Assembly (NCBI GenBank): GCA_963845755.1
Contig: CAWJTV010000028.1
Span: 320,001 to 384,000 of the forward strand
From: an uncultured Planctomycetota bacterium
GTDB lineage: Bacteria > Planctomycetota > Planctomycetia > Isosphaerales > Isosphaeraceae
DNA: 64,000 bases
Direction: 5' to 3'
Shown here: positions 13,605 through 23,911 of the stretch, in pieces
Layout of the letters: every line of letters starts with the position of its first letter
Numbering within the stretch: position 1 is the first letter of the stretch
Made by a program: the position numbers and the translations under genes
The notes under the pieces: generated by a model
What the model saw: the letters and a program-made list of their open reading frames with translations, nothing else
The model's database searches: none
What the model was told of the DNA's origin: nothing

Positions 13605-15417
13605 CTACGGAGGATCCTGAAGACTTACCGGCTGGGTCTTGTCACCCTGAGCGTCGCCTCGGATCTTGGCCATCGGGACGAGTGGAACCGCCTCAGGAAC
13701 GCCGATGTTCGGAAGACCGACGGATTCGGGAGGCTCGCCGGCTTCGATCCGGTCTGCGGCGTTGGCGAAGGCCAGTAGCCGCTGATCTCGCGGTTGCGGA
13801 TCATAGCGCAGGGGCGAACTCAACTGATAGAACATGATCCCTCGCAAGCAGATGTATCTCCACACGTTGGGGTCCAGGCCGAAGTGCTCCGCACAACGCG
13901 CCGGATCGAGGACCGGTGTGGGCGATCTCTCCGGCCAGCCGAACGCCCTCCGGTCGCGCAGGGCGTGCAAGACCGCCTGCGCCAGAGCGATCTGTCCCCG
14001 GAGCGAGGGATGCATCGCGTCCTGGAAGAGATAGCTGTCGAGCAACCCATGGTGTCCTATCGCATGAAAATAGGATTGTCCATCGATCAGGATGGCGTGG
14101 TGTCGCGTTGCCACTTCGCGGTAGACGTCCTGAAACGCGGTCAGGCAGCGCATCGGAAAGCCGTCGTGATCCCGTGCGGCGATGAAGTGGTCGTACGCCT
14201 CGTCCGAGACGCCGGCTTCCTCCAATAATAGGGCCATTCGATAGTGGGCCTCGGCGAAACCCGGCTGCCGGTCGATGAGCCGCCGATAGGCCGCGATTGC
14301 TCGCGCCCATCGACCGACTCCAACCGCCGGGCCGATTCGAACTCGCGCCGGAATGCTTCGCGCTCGGCGCGGGGTTGCGGGATGCAAGACCGACCGGTTG
14401 GGCTCGTAACCTGAGTCATTGGCCGGCGGCGAGATCAGGACCGCGATCGTCCCGAGCCGCTCGGCATAGGTGGCGATCGCCTCCAGTCGGTGCCGGAAAT
14501 CGGCCAGGAGCAGGTCGAATTCCGCGGGAGTGTACGCGGGCACATCGACCAGATTCCTGTAGCCGCCACGGGGTGGCGGAATGGCGACCCGGCACTTCTC
14601 CGCCGTCTCCCGCATCAGCGCACATGCGGGCGAGACGCTCTCTACCCATTCTGTCACGAGTTTCCAGATGCCCGGATGCTTCTGGTTGACGTAGTGATCG
14701 ACTTCGCGTTCACTGGGGAGGCGCACGCTGAACTCATTATGGCCGCAGTAGACGATCATCAGATCGGGGCGATGGGCGAGGTCCAGCAGCTTCTCATGCT
14801 GGAGCTCGAGGACCTCGCCCGCGGTGGCAACGGTCTTGAGCCGCACCTTGCGCGCCGGGATCGCCTCCTCGAGCTGCCAGGCAACGAGCCGTCCGATCGA
14901 GACCCATTGATTGTATGGGAACCCCTCGGCGCTCGATTCTCCCACGACCACCAGGTTGATCGTTGGATCGCCCGTCGGGTCGGAGAACTTGGTGGGTAGC
15001 GGGAAGTCTTTCAAGGATAGAGGCCACAGGCCCTTGTTCTGGCCTCGAAAACGCGGTAGGCCCCCGATCGGCATCACTCTCGACTGTCGAAGACGATCGC
15101 GCCAGATCCCACAAACCGACTCGGTCAGGATCAGGCCGACAAGGAGAGATCCACAGGCCAGGAGCCCGCGCGATCCTCGGCCGCCGCGCCCCGCACCTCC
15201 GCCCGCGGCTGTAGACGAAGGCCAGCACCGGTACGCCGATGATCGCGGATGCGGCTGCTGGGATATAAGCGACCTCCAGTGCCAACAGGAACCAGAGGGC
15301 CACTCGGTACGAGAAACGGATCGGAATGTGGTCCTGGAGCCAGGCCCCGGCTAGCAGCACGAGCAGCACGACCGGGGCCAGCCCGATGGTCAGCAGCACA
15401 ATCCTCGGGGCAGGCAT
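13605..15417 (-). CDS. Membrane-anchored SGNH/GDSL-hydrolase-like protein with a TPR insertion; several indels (about 15150, 14370, 14305)
   Basis: N-terminal TM segments; block I VVGESSAEG, block III YCGHNEF, C-terminal FQDAMHP; TPR-like AIAAYRRLIDRQPGFAEAHYRMA. Confidence 0.7.
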
Positions 15418-15727
15418 AGCCAGTCGCACCAGGTTCGCACGAGAGATTCCCATCCAGACCGTCTCCGTCCGCTTCGATCGTGTACCCTGGGCCTCGTTCC
15501 AGGCCCGTGGTGAACACGTCCCTCACGTTGACAACGCTCAGTTTACCTCGCACACAAACCCGGAACAATTTCAGTCGAGTGCGGAACGAATCGCGGCTCG
15601 TGCCCGGGGACTCTCAGTCTTTCCGAAGTTTTTCGCCCACCTCACGATTGGTTGGCACCCTCCTTTCGCGTTAGAATTCATGCGACCCCCCGACAGCATC
15701 GAACCCCGTTCGATCAAGGAGTGCGCG

Positions 15728-16504
15728 ATGCGACACAGACGCTGGTTTCCTCAAGTGGTGGCCGGGTGGATTCTCCTCGGCTTGAGTCCCTCGGTCGTCA
15801 GGGCTCAGGAGATTCCCATTGAAATCCTCAACGACTGGAAGTTCTATAACAACTCGGGGTGGACGTTCCTTAATCAGGGGAGGTATGACAGGGCCGAAGA
15901 CCGGTTCAAGCGGGCAATCCGGTTGATCCGGCCGTACGAGGTGAAAGGCCGAAGACTCCTGGCGAGAAGCTACGCGGACCTGTCCAGGGCCCTGTATCAC
16001 CAGGGCCGGTACGCCGAAGCCGAACCGCTCGCCGAATGGTCGCTATCGGTTCGTGAAAAACACGTCAAGGACAATCCCGAAGGATACTTTCAGAACTTAT
16101 ACACATTGGCGATGATTCACCTCTCGCAAACCCACTTCGCCGACGCGGAGACGCTGCTGAGGCGGGCGCTGGAACTCCAGGAGCAATCGATAGGTCCCGG
16201 CCACGTCCAGATCGCGGCGACGGTGGACGAACTGGCTGGCGTCTGCGTCGAACTGCGAAAGTTCAAGGATGCGGAACAACTCTACAAGCGGGCGATCGCG
16301 ATCCACGAGAAGTTCGACCCGGATGAGAACCTCGATCTGGCCGCGTGCATCGACCGCTATATCGTCCTTCTCAAGCGGATGGATCGCACCCAGGAGGCCG
16401 CGAAGTTGCAGGAGCGGGCCGCGGCGATACGGCACTACGCGGAGACGAAGGCGGAGCGGGCTCGGTCCAAGAAATCTCAGCCAGGGTTCAAGGGATTCAA
16501 GTGA
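15728..16504 (+). CDS. Secreted tetratricopeptide repeat protein (kinesin-light-chain-like TPR_12)
   Basis: Signal peptide; repeats QGRYAEAEPLAEWSLSVREK, FADAETLLRRALELQEQSIGPGH; AAGGAG upstream of ATG 15728. Confidence 0.85.
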   Translation: MRHRRWFPQVVAGWILLGLSPSVVRAQEIPIEILNDWKFYNNSGWTFLNQGRYDRAEDRFKRAIRLIRPYEVKGRRLLARSYADLSRALYHQGRYAEAEPLAEWSLSVREKHVKDNPEGYFQNLYTLAMIHLSQTHFADAETLLRRALELQEQSIGPGHVQIAATVDELAGVCVELRKFKDAEQLYKRAIAIHEKFDPDENLDLAACIDRYIVLLKRMDRTQEAAKLQERAAAIRHYAETKAERARSKKSQPGFKGFK

Positions 16505-16520
16505 GACGGCCTGTGCCGCC

Positions 16521-17672
16521 TCACGGCGATCCGGGATCGAAGATCGTCGCGGCGATGTAGCGCGTGGGTCCCGAGCGGTCGCTGAAGTAGTAAACGGCGA
16601 CCACCTTGCCATCGGGGCGGACCACAGAGCGGACATAGCCGACGTCGGTACTTCCGCCATCGTCGCGCAGGTGGATCGCGTCGCTCCAGGTCTTCCCTCG
16701 ATCGGCGCTGAGACGCGCGCGGATGCCGTAGGGCTGGGCGCGGACTCCATAGATCAAGCACAGTCGGCCGTCGGGAAGGCGGACGAGGCTCGGCGGGTTG
16801 CCCTCGCCGGTGTCCGGCTCGGGCCGGGAAAGGTACGACCAGGACCGGCCGTCATCGTGGGTCGCGTACGCCTCAATCCAGCTCTTCGGCGGATCCTGTC
16901 GCCGGATCGTCGTCACGAGGTCTGTGGGCGAAATGCGGATTGTGGACGGCATGATGGCATAACCGGCCGGCTCGGGGCCGATGAAGGCCACGAAATGCCA
17001 GGTGTGTCCGCCGTCGGTGGTCCGAGCGCAGAACGGGCGCCCTTCGCGACGATTCGCCTTCGACGCCGTCAGGACCAACTGACAGTCGTCTGGGCCGTTG
17101 ATGACCGTGTCGGTCCGGCCCATGACACCAGGTTGACCGAACAGCGGAAGCGCGTAAGGGCCCTTCCACGTCTTACCGCGGTCGTACGAATAATAATAGC
17201 GGGAGATCCCATTGTTCGAGTTCTCCATCCGCACCGTCATCGCGAAGTCCGAGTGTGCGAAATCGATCCGGCGGTCGAGTGCGGCCGGCTGCTCCTCCGC
17301 GGCGCCGGGGGGCATTCGTCCATGGCGCATCCCGAGTGTGCCGATCAGTGCCCCTGGGGGTTGTGGCTGCTCGGTTTTCCAGCTTGCGCCACCGTCGCGG
17401 CTCCGCGCCAGGAGGAATTCCTCCGGGCGATCGTGGTCGATGTGATGGAACCGGCCCCGGTCCTTGTAAGTGCCCCGGCTGAAGCCGACCAGGATCTCAT
17501 CGCCCCACGACCAGATCCCGTGGTTGGCCGGCCACCCCGCGAACCGGCCCGGCTCGGCGTAGACGATCACATGGCGAACCACGCTCGGAGGCTCGGAGGC
17601 TCTCACGGAGGATGGGACCGTGAGCCCGAACAGGACCAGGGCCATGGCTTGCATTCTCGCGAGTATCGACAC
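16521..17672 (-). CDS. Sialidase-family / BNR (Asp-box) beta-propeller protein, secreted
   Basis: Five Asp-boxes: SRDGGASW, SYDRGKTW, TTDGGHTW, THDDGRSW, SADRGKTW; signal peptide. Start codon uncertain. Confidence 0.85.
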   Translation of the reverse strand: MSILARMQAMALVLFGLTVPSSVRASEPPSVVRHVIVYAEPGRFAGWPANHGIWSWGDEILVGFSRGTYKDRGRFHHIDHDRPEEFLLARSRDGGASWKTEQPQPPGALIGTLGMRHGRMPPGAAEEQPAALDRRIDFAHSDFAMTVRMENSNNGISRYYYSYDRGKTWKGPYALPLFGQPGVMGRTDTVINGPDDCQLVLTASKANRREGRPFCARTTDGGHTWHFVAFIGPEPAGYAIMPSTIRISPTDLVTTIRRQDPPKSWIEAYATHDDGRSWSYLSRPEPDTGEGNPPSLVRLPDGRLCLIYGVRAQPYGIRARLSADRGKTWSDAIHLRDDGGSTDVGYVRSVVRPDGKVVAVYYFSDRSGPTRYIAATIFDPGSP

Positions 17673-17916
17673 GTGACTTGGCCTTTCTCGGATTCGCGTT
17701 TCGCGAAGCGCCATGGTGGGCCTCATGGAGGTTCAGGAGGATGATCGTAGTGTACGGACGGCACGAGCGTCAACGATGGCCCGGCCCGGGATTTGCCAGA
17801 GTAGCCCGGCTGGGAGAATGATCGGACCCAGGAGGATCGGCCGGGGCGAGAAACGTCCCGCACCGACGTTTCATCCCGGGTTCCGGATTTTCTCGAAGCG
17901 CCGGAGATGACGAACC

Positions 17917-19401
17917 ATGCGCGACTTACGACGAGGATTCGACGGCAACGGGGTCTCGGTGGCCACCCTGATCATCCTGCTGATGTTCCCGCAAGTGGCC
18001 CGGGCCCAACTGCCGGGCTTGCCCGGAATAGCGGCGGCTGGCAAGGGTGCGGCCAATGGAAAGGCGGCCGACGTAGCCGGCGAAAAGGGCAAGGCGGCGG
18101 TCGCGGCTTCCGCGGGGCCGATCACGGTCCACCGCCAGGTCTCGGACCATGACATTCAGAAATTCCTATCTAAGTTCCTGCCCAAGTACCCGGGGATTCG
18201 CGAGGTCACCGTCGCCGTCGATGACGGCGTGGTGACGCTCCAGGGCCGGGTTGATGACGATGACTCGCGTTCCGAGATCAGCGACGTCGTCAAGCGAGTC
18301 GAGGGAGTCCGCCTGGTCCTGAACCAGTTGGCCACCGACGAGGAAGTGATGTCGGCCTGGGAGTTCGCCGGGCGGGAACTGGGCGCGTTGGGCAATTACC
18401 TCGCTCGGAAGTGGATCCTGATCCTGCTGGCCCTAACCATCGTCGTGACCTCGTGGCTCCTGGCCCGGCTGTTCGCGTCGCGGTCCGAGGTCCTGCTCGC
18501 GCCCTTCGTTCGCAACCTCCTGCTCCGGTCGGTGGTCGGCTCGATCATCAGCTCGCTGCTGGTCATCGGCGGATTGGTCCTGGCGCTCGGCACGTTGCGC
18601 CTGACCCAGGCCGTCATGTCCGTCCTCGGCGTTTCGGGGCTGATCGTCCTGGCGGTCGGGTTCGCGTTTCGGGACATCACCGAGAATTTCATCGCCTCGG
18701 TACTGCTGGGCCTCCGCCGTCCCTTCCAGATTGGCGATTTTGTCACGATTGCCGGCCAGTCGGGAGTGGTCAAGTCGCTGAACACGCGGGCCACCGTACT
18801 GGTCACGATGGAGGGGAAACACGTTCGCATCCCGAACGCAACGATCTTCAAGGAGATCATGGTCAACGCGACGGCTTCGCCGAACTTCCGGAACAGTTTC
18901 GACGTGAAGATCCCCAACGAGGCCTCGACGGCCGCCGCGATCGACGCGATCAACCGAGCCCTGCGCGAGACCAACGGCATTCTCTCCGACCCACCGCCGC
19001 GGACGCTGGTGGAGGCCCTGGAGCCCGACGGAGTCCGGCTCCGCGCCGACTTCTGGTCGCCCACTCAGAGCATCGACTGGTTCCAGCTCATGAGCGACGT
19101 GAAATTGAGGGCGAAGGTCGCCCTCCAGCAGGCCGGAGTCATCGCGCCGACGGCCGCCGCGCCGACGGGCCGGGCCGGGGACAACTCCGAGGTCGTCAAC
19201 GGCACAACCACCCCCTCGACCGCCGCCATCACGGCGCGTCAGGCCGCCGCGAACCTCAAGCGGGACGCCAGGGCCGCGACCGCCGCGCAGCCGGCCGTCG
19301 GCGAGAATTGCGAGACGCCGGTTGAGCGCGCCCTCCAGGAGCCCGAGACACGCGTCAGCGATGAGGGCACGAACCTGTTGAAGGGGACGCGGGCGGAGTA
19401 G
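17917..19401 (+). CDS. Small-conductance mechanosensitive channel (MscS family) with N-terminal BON domain
   Basis: BON-like VTVAVDDGVVTLQG...VEGVRLVLNQL; MscS GFAFRDITENFIAS, RPFQIGD, VRIPNA. Confidence 0.9.
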   Translation: MRDLRRGFDGNGVSVATLIILLMFPQVARAQLPGLPGIAAAGKGAANGKAADVAGEKGKAAVAASAGPITVHRQVSDHDIQKFLSKFLPKYPGIREVTVAVDDGVVTLQGRVDDDDSRSEISDVVKRVEGVRLVLNQLATDEEVMSAWEFAGRELGALGNYLARKWILILLALTIVVTSWLLARLFASRSEVLLAPFVRNLLLRSVVGSIISSLLVIGGLVLALGTLRLTQAVMSVLGVSGLIVLAVGFAFRDITENFIASVLLGLRRPFQIGDFVTIAGQSGVVKSLNTRATVLVTMEGKHVRIPNATIFKEIMVNATASPNFRNSFDVKIPNEASTAAAIDAINRALRETNGILSDPPPRTLVEALEPDGVRLRADFWSPTQSIDWFQLMSDVKLRAKVALQQAGVIAPTAAAPTGRAGDNSEVVNGTTTPSTAAITARQAAANLKRDARAATAAQPAVGENCETPVERALQEPETRVSDEGTNLLKGTRAE

Positions 19402-19451
19402 GGCAGGCTCGCGCCATCGGCCATTGCGATTATCTTTGAGGAGGTGCGGAT

Positions 19452-19750
19452 ATGCCGAGTCGCAAGCTGTCGCTGATCCACCCCGGCGAGATGCTTCACG
19501 AGGAGTATCTCACTCCGCTCGGAAACAGCGAGTATCGACCGACCAAAGACACCTCCGTCCCTGCCCGCCGGATCAACGAGATCGTCGAAGACTCGTAGCC
19601 GATCACGGCCGACACGGCCTTGCGGCCGGTCCGGTATCTCGGGAGGACGGCGCAATTCTGGCTGAATCTTAAAACATACCATCCTCGAGATCGAGAAGGA
19701 TCGGTTCGGAGATCGACTGGAACGCGAGGTCAAGGTCCGGCGGCGGTTAG
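19452..19750 (+). pseudogene. higA: HigA-family antitoxin, degraded
   Basis: Manual translation MPSRKLSLIHPGEMLHEEYLTPLG...SVPARRINEIVEDS*PITADTALR...AQFWLNL; in-frame TAG at 19596, a frameshift near 19680, and GGAGG upstream of the start. Confidence 0.85.
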
Positions 19751-19807
19751 GCTCAGAACTCCTTCAACTGGCGCTGATCATTCGTCCCGGCGGGGGCGAA
19801 TCGCGAT

Positions 19808-20641
19808 TCAGGTATGAGCCTGCTTCCATGCCCGTGTCGCGAGATCGCTCGCCTCGGCGACGACGGCCGACAGGTCACACTGATAGAGCCACGACGAGCT
19901 GAAACTATTCAACTCGACCAGCCGGAGCTGATCGCTCGACTCGCAGAGATCCAGCATGAAGATGGGGTCGGGACGCCAGCTCACTCCGGCGAGCATGGCC
20001 GTGGCGAAATCGCGCACCCTGACGGGGAATGCCGGCACGATTGCCCGCGATCCGCCCTCGGCATACTGGCTGCCGGCGATGATGCGGTCCCCCGCGACGA
20101 CGAGTCTCCATTCGAGATCGATCGTCCGCGGTGTCGCGATCACGACGAGTGTTGTCGGGTCGTACCGGGTGGGCGCCAAGGCAGAGGCGAACGATTCCCT
20201 CGAGATGAGCCGGCCCACGAACAGCTTGTGGCACCCCGTCGGGCGGGCGAAAACCTCGTCATCCTCCCCGAAAACCGAGAAGAGCCAGTCGCGCTGACGG
20301 ATCGCTTCTATACCGGGCATTATGATATAATTTTGATTGAGCAGATAATTCCCGAAGTAGGCGAAGTACGCGGTACAATCCAAGTTCACCGGATGACACC
20401 AGGCCCCAGGGATCCACCGATGGTGCAACTGGATCTGGCGCGCGAAGGGATACGTGCCATAGCCGATGACGCAATCCGTCGGGCCGATCGACTGTCCGTC
20501 GACGACGATGTCGGAACCTTTCTTGAGGGCCCGATACGGCACGAAATCCGCAGCCATCCCCTGCCGCCGGATCTCGGAGCGCAAGGGTTCGGCCTCGGAT
20601 CCGTAGACGCCGTCCTCGATCAGCCAGACGGGACGCATCAC
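19808..20641 (-). CDS. ATP-grasp domain protein, R2K clade (DUF4343-like)
   Basis: EVFARPTGCHKLFVG (FxK/RP...K.F.G), EWRLVV...GSQY, FMLDL, LVELNSFSSSWLY. Confidence 0.75.
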   Translation of the reverse strand: MMRPVWLIEDGVYGSEAEPLRSEIRRQGMAADFVPYRALKKGSDIVVDGQSIGPTDCVIGYGTYPFARQIQLHHRWIPGAWCHPVNLDCTAYFAYFGNYLLNQNYIIMPGIEAIRQRDWLFSVFGEDDEVFARPTGCHKLFVGRLISRESFASALAPTRYDPTTLVVIATPRTIDLEWRLVVAGDRIIAGSQYAEGGSRAIVPAFPVRVRDFATAMLAGVSWRPDPIFMLDLCESSDQLRLVELNSFSSSWLYQCDLSAVVAEASDLATRAWKQAHT

Positions 20642-20978
20642 CGACCCCCGATAAATCGAAAGGGAAAACCATCCGATCGACCGGTGCGATCTTAACTAGT
20701 GAGTGGACTTTCCGACAATCGCGGTTAGAATAGGCGATCTTGGCCCGAGCCTACCACAAAACCGGACCTGTTGCGGACCGCACAGGGATCCTTCCCCGGA
20801 GCGAGATCGGCGTGCCTCGGATCCTTCCTCGACGGGATACGGCATCGACGGCGATCGCGGCCTTCACCGCGAGATCTGAGGTGATGGTGCATCGGGACGG
20901 GATTTGCCAATCCAACGGATCGGCGGGGACCAACCTGGTTCGCCCGGAGCAGAAATCCTTCCGATCGGAGCCCGGATC

Positions 20979-22166
20979 ATGATCGTCGGTGTGCCTCGAG
21001 AGAGTTTCCCGGGCGAGCGACGTGTGGCCCTGGTCCCCGTCGTGATTCCGAGCCTCGTGAAGGCCGGCCTCGAGGTCGTCGTGGAATCGGGAGCCGGCCT
21101 GGAGGCTGGTTATCCGGACGGCGAATTCACGGCCAAGGGAGCCAAGGTCCTCCCCGGCCGCGCGGAGGTCTTCGGCACGGCCGACATCATCGTACAGGTG
21201 CTCTGCTACGGCTCGAATGACCGGACCGGCCGGGCCGATCTCCCCCTCCTGCGACGCGACCAGGTGCTCGTCGGCTTCCTGCGACCGTTGGGCTCGATCG
21301 AGACGATCCGGGAGATCGCCGAGAAGGGGGTGACCTCGTTCGCGGTCGAGCTGATGCCGCGGACGACGCGCGCACAAAGCATGGACGCCCTGTCATCGAT
21401 GGCGACCATCTGCGGCTACCGGGCGGCGATCATCGCCGCCGATAAACTGCCCCGGATGTTCCCCATGCTGACGACCGCGGCCGGGACAATTACGCCGGCG
21501 CGGGTCCTGGTGATCGGGGCGGGCGTGGCCGGGCTCCAGGCCATCGCCACCGCGCGCCGACTGGGTGCGGTCACCTCCGCCTACGACATGCGGCCCGCCG
21601 CGAAGGAGCAGGTCCAGAGCCTTGGCGGCCGCTTCGTGGAACTCCCTATCGAAGCCCAGGACGCGCAGGACGCGCGGGGTTACGCCCGGGCCCAGGATGA
21701 GACCTTCTACCAGCGCCAGCGCGAGCTGCTCGGCCGGGTCATCGCCGAGAGCGACATCGTCATCACGGCCGCGGTCATCCCCGGGAAGACGTCGCCCGTC
21801 CTCGTGACCGGCCAGATGGTCGCCCGCATGGCGCCCGGCTCGGTGATCGTCAACCTGGCCGCGGAGCGGGGTGGGAATTGCGAGTGGACCCGGGCTGAGG
21901 AAATCACGGTCGCCCACGGTGTGACCATCGTCGGCACCATCAACCTGTCCAGCGCGGTCCCCTACCACGCCAGCCAGATGTATGCGAAGAATCTCGGCGC
22001 GTTCCTCCTTCACCTCGTGAAGGACGGGAAGCTCCAGATGAATCTGAACGACGAGATCATCCGTGACACGCTGCTGACCCGGGGCGGCGAGGTCGTGAAC
22101 GCCCGGGTGCGGGAAGCGTTCGCGCTGCCGCCGCTGGCGGCCGCGGCCGGGGAGGTTGAGAAATGA
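20979..22166 (+). CDS. pntAA: NAD(P) transhydrogenase subunit alpha, part 1 (domain I)
   Basis: MIVGVPRESFPGERRVAL, RAQSMDALSSMA, GAGVAGLQAIATARRLGA, AAERGGNCE. Confidence 0.97.
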   Translation: MIVGVPRESFPGERRVALVPVVIPSLVKAGLEVVVESGAGLEAGYPDGEFTAKGAKVLPGRAEVFGTADIIVQVLCYGSNDRTGRADLPLLRRDQVLVGFLRPLGSIETIREIAEKGVTSFAVELMPRTTRAQSMDALSSMATICGYRAAIIAADKLPRMFPMLTTAAGTITPARVLVIGAGVAGLQAIATARRLGAVTSAYDMRPAAKEQVQSLGGRFVELPIEAQDAQDARGYARAQDETFYQRQRELLGRVIAESDIVITAAVIPGKTSPVLVTGQMVARMAPGSVIVNLAAERGGNCEWTRAEEITVAHGVTIVGTINLSSAVPYHASQMYAKNLGAFLLHLVKDGKLQMNLNDEIIRDTLLTRGGEVVNARVREAFALPPLAAAAGEVEK

Positions 22167-22474
22167 CCGAGGAAATGACACAGCATGTGATCGCGAGCTT
22201 ATACGTGTTCATGCTTGCGGCATTCATCGGGTTCGAGGTGATCAAGAGGGTCTCACCGCTACTCCACACGCCGTTGATGTCGCTGACGAATGCCCTGGAT
22301 GCGATCGCCGTGGTCGGGGCGATCATCCTGGCCGGTGAACGCGGGGGCAGCCCGCTGGCGACGGTGATCGGCACTCTGGCGATCATCGCGGCCACCAGCA
22401 ACGTCGTGGGCGGATTCATGATCACGGACCGCATGCTCAAGATGTTCAAGGCAAGCGGCCCGAAGAGGCAATAA
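22163..22474 (+). CDS. pntAB: NAD(P) transhydrogenase subunit alpha, part 2
   Basis: LHTPLMSLTNA, NVVGGFMITDRMLKMFK; 4-nt overlap with pntAA. Confidence 0.97.
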   Translation: MTEEMTQHVIASLYVFMLAAFIGFEVIKRVSPLLHTPLMSLTNALDAIAVVGAIILAGERGGSPLATVIGTLAIIAATSNVVGGFMITDRMLKMFKASGPKRQ

Positions 22475-22479
22475 CTCCT

Positions 22480-23863
22480 ATGTTTCGCGAACATGCCATC
22501 GAGATCGTCTACCTGATCGCCACCGCCCTGTTCGTCCTCTCCTTGAAGTGGATGAGCTCGCCGAGCACGGCACGCCGCGGCGTCCGCGCCGGGGAGATAG
22601 GAATGCTGCTGGCGATCGTCGGGACACTGCTGCACAAGGAGATCGTCGATTACCGGTGGATCGCCATCGGGCTGGTCCTGGGTACGATCATCGGAGTACC
22701 GCTGGGCATGGTTCAGATGACGGCCGTTCCACAACGAACGGCTCTGAGCCACGCCTTCGGTGCGTTTTGCGTCACGGCGGTCGGCATCGGCGAGTTTCTC
22801 CTGCAGGCGCCCGATGTCCCGCGATTCACGATGGTTGTGCTCGCGATGGAGGTCATCCTTGGCTCCCTCACCCTCACCGGCAGCCTGATGGCCGCCGGCA
22901 AGCTTCAGGAAGTCCTACCGCAAAGGCCGATCACCTATAAGGGACAGAACTTCGTCAACCTCGGTCTCCTGGCCATGGCCATCGCCCTCGCGGGTTATCT
23001 CGTCTATGACCCGTCCCAGGCCATACTCTTCCCGATCATCGTGTTGATCTCGCTCGCGTTTGGCGTGCTCATGATCATCCCAATCGGTGGCGCCGACATG
23101 CCGACGGTGATTTCCTTGCTGAATTCCTATGCGGGTCTCTCCGCCGCAGCGATGGGCTTCGCCCTGGACAGCAAGCTCTTGATCGTAGCCGGGCGCTCGA
23201 CGGAGCATCGGGGTTCATCCTGTCCGTGAACATGTCCAAGGCGATGAACCGGTCGTTCACGAATGTCCTATTCGGGGCATTCGGTCAGGTCCAGACCGTG
23301 GCAGCCGCGCGCAGGAAGCGCAGCCTGTCAAGAGCGCTTCGGCGGAGGAAGCCGCGGCGATTCTCTCCGTGGCCAGCAAAGTGGTCATCGTGCCGGGGTA
23401 TGGCATGGCCGTCGCGCAGGCCCAGCACAAAGTCCGCGAGCTCTACGACGCGCTGAGCAAGCGGGGCGTTAACGTCAAGTTCGGTATCCACCCGGTCGCC
23501 GGCCGAATGCCCGGCCACATGAACGTGCTCCTGGCCGAGGCCGACATCCCCTACGACCACTTGCTGGAGATGGACGAGATCAACGGCGACCTCCCTCAGA
23601 CCGACGTCGCGCTGGTGATTGGCGCCAACGATGTGACGAACCCGGCCGTGCGCGAGGACCGCTCCAGCCCGATCTACGGCATGCCGATTCTGGACGTCGA
23701 CAAGGCGCGCACGGTGATGGTCATCAAGCGTGGCATGAGCCCCGGCTTCGCCGGCATCGACAATCCCCTCTACTATCTCGACAACACGCTCATGCTCTTC
23801 GGCGACGCCCGCGCGTTCGTCGGCTCGATCGTCCGCGAGTTGTCCGGTGGCGATGGTGGATGA
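22480..23863 (+). CDS. pntB: NAD(P) transhydrogenase subunit beta; two frameshifts (about 23195 and 23310)
   Basis: IGGADMPTVISLLNSYAG; MSKAMNRSFTNVLFG; IVPGYGMAVAQAQH, HPVAGRMPGHMNVLLAEA, GANDVTNP. Confidence 0.95.
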
Positions 23864-23911
23864 GTTGGTAATCGTCCCGTGATGTGACGTTCGGGATCGA
23901 CATGCAGCGCG

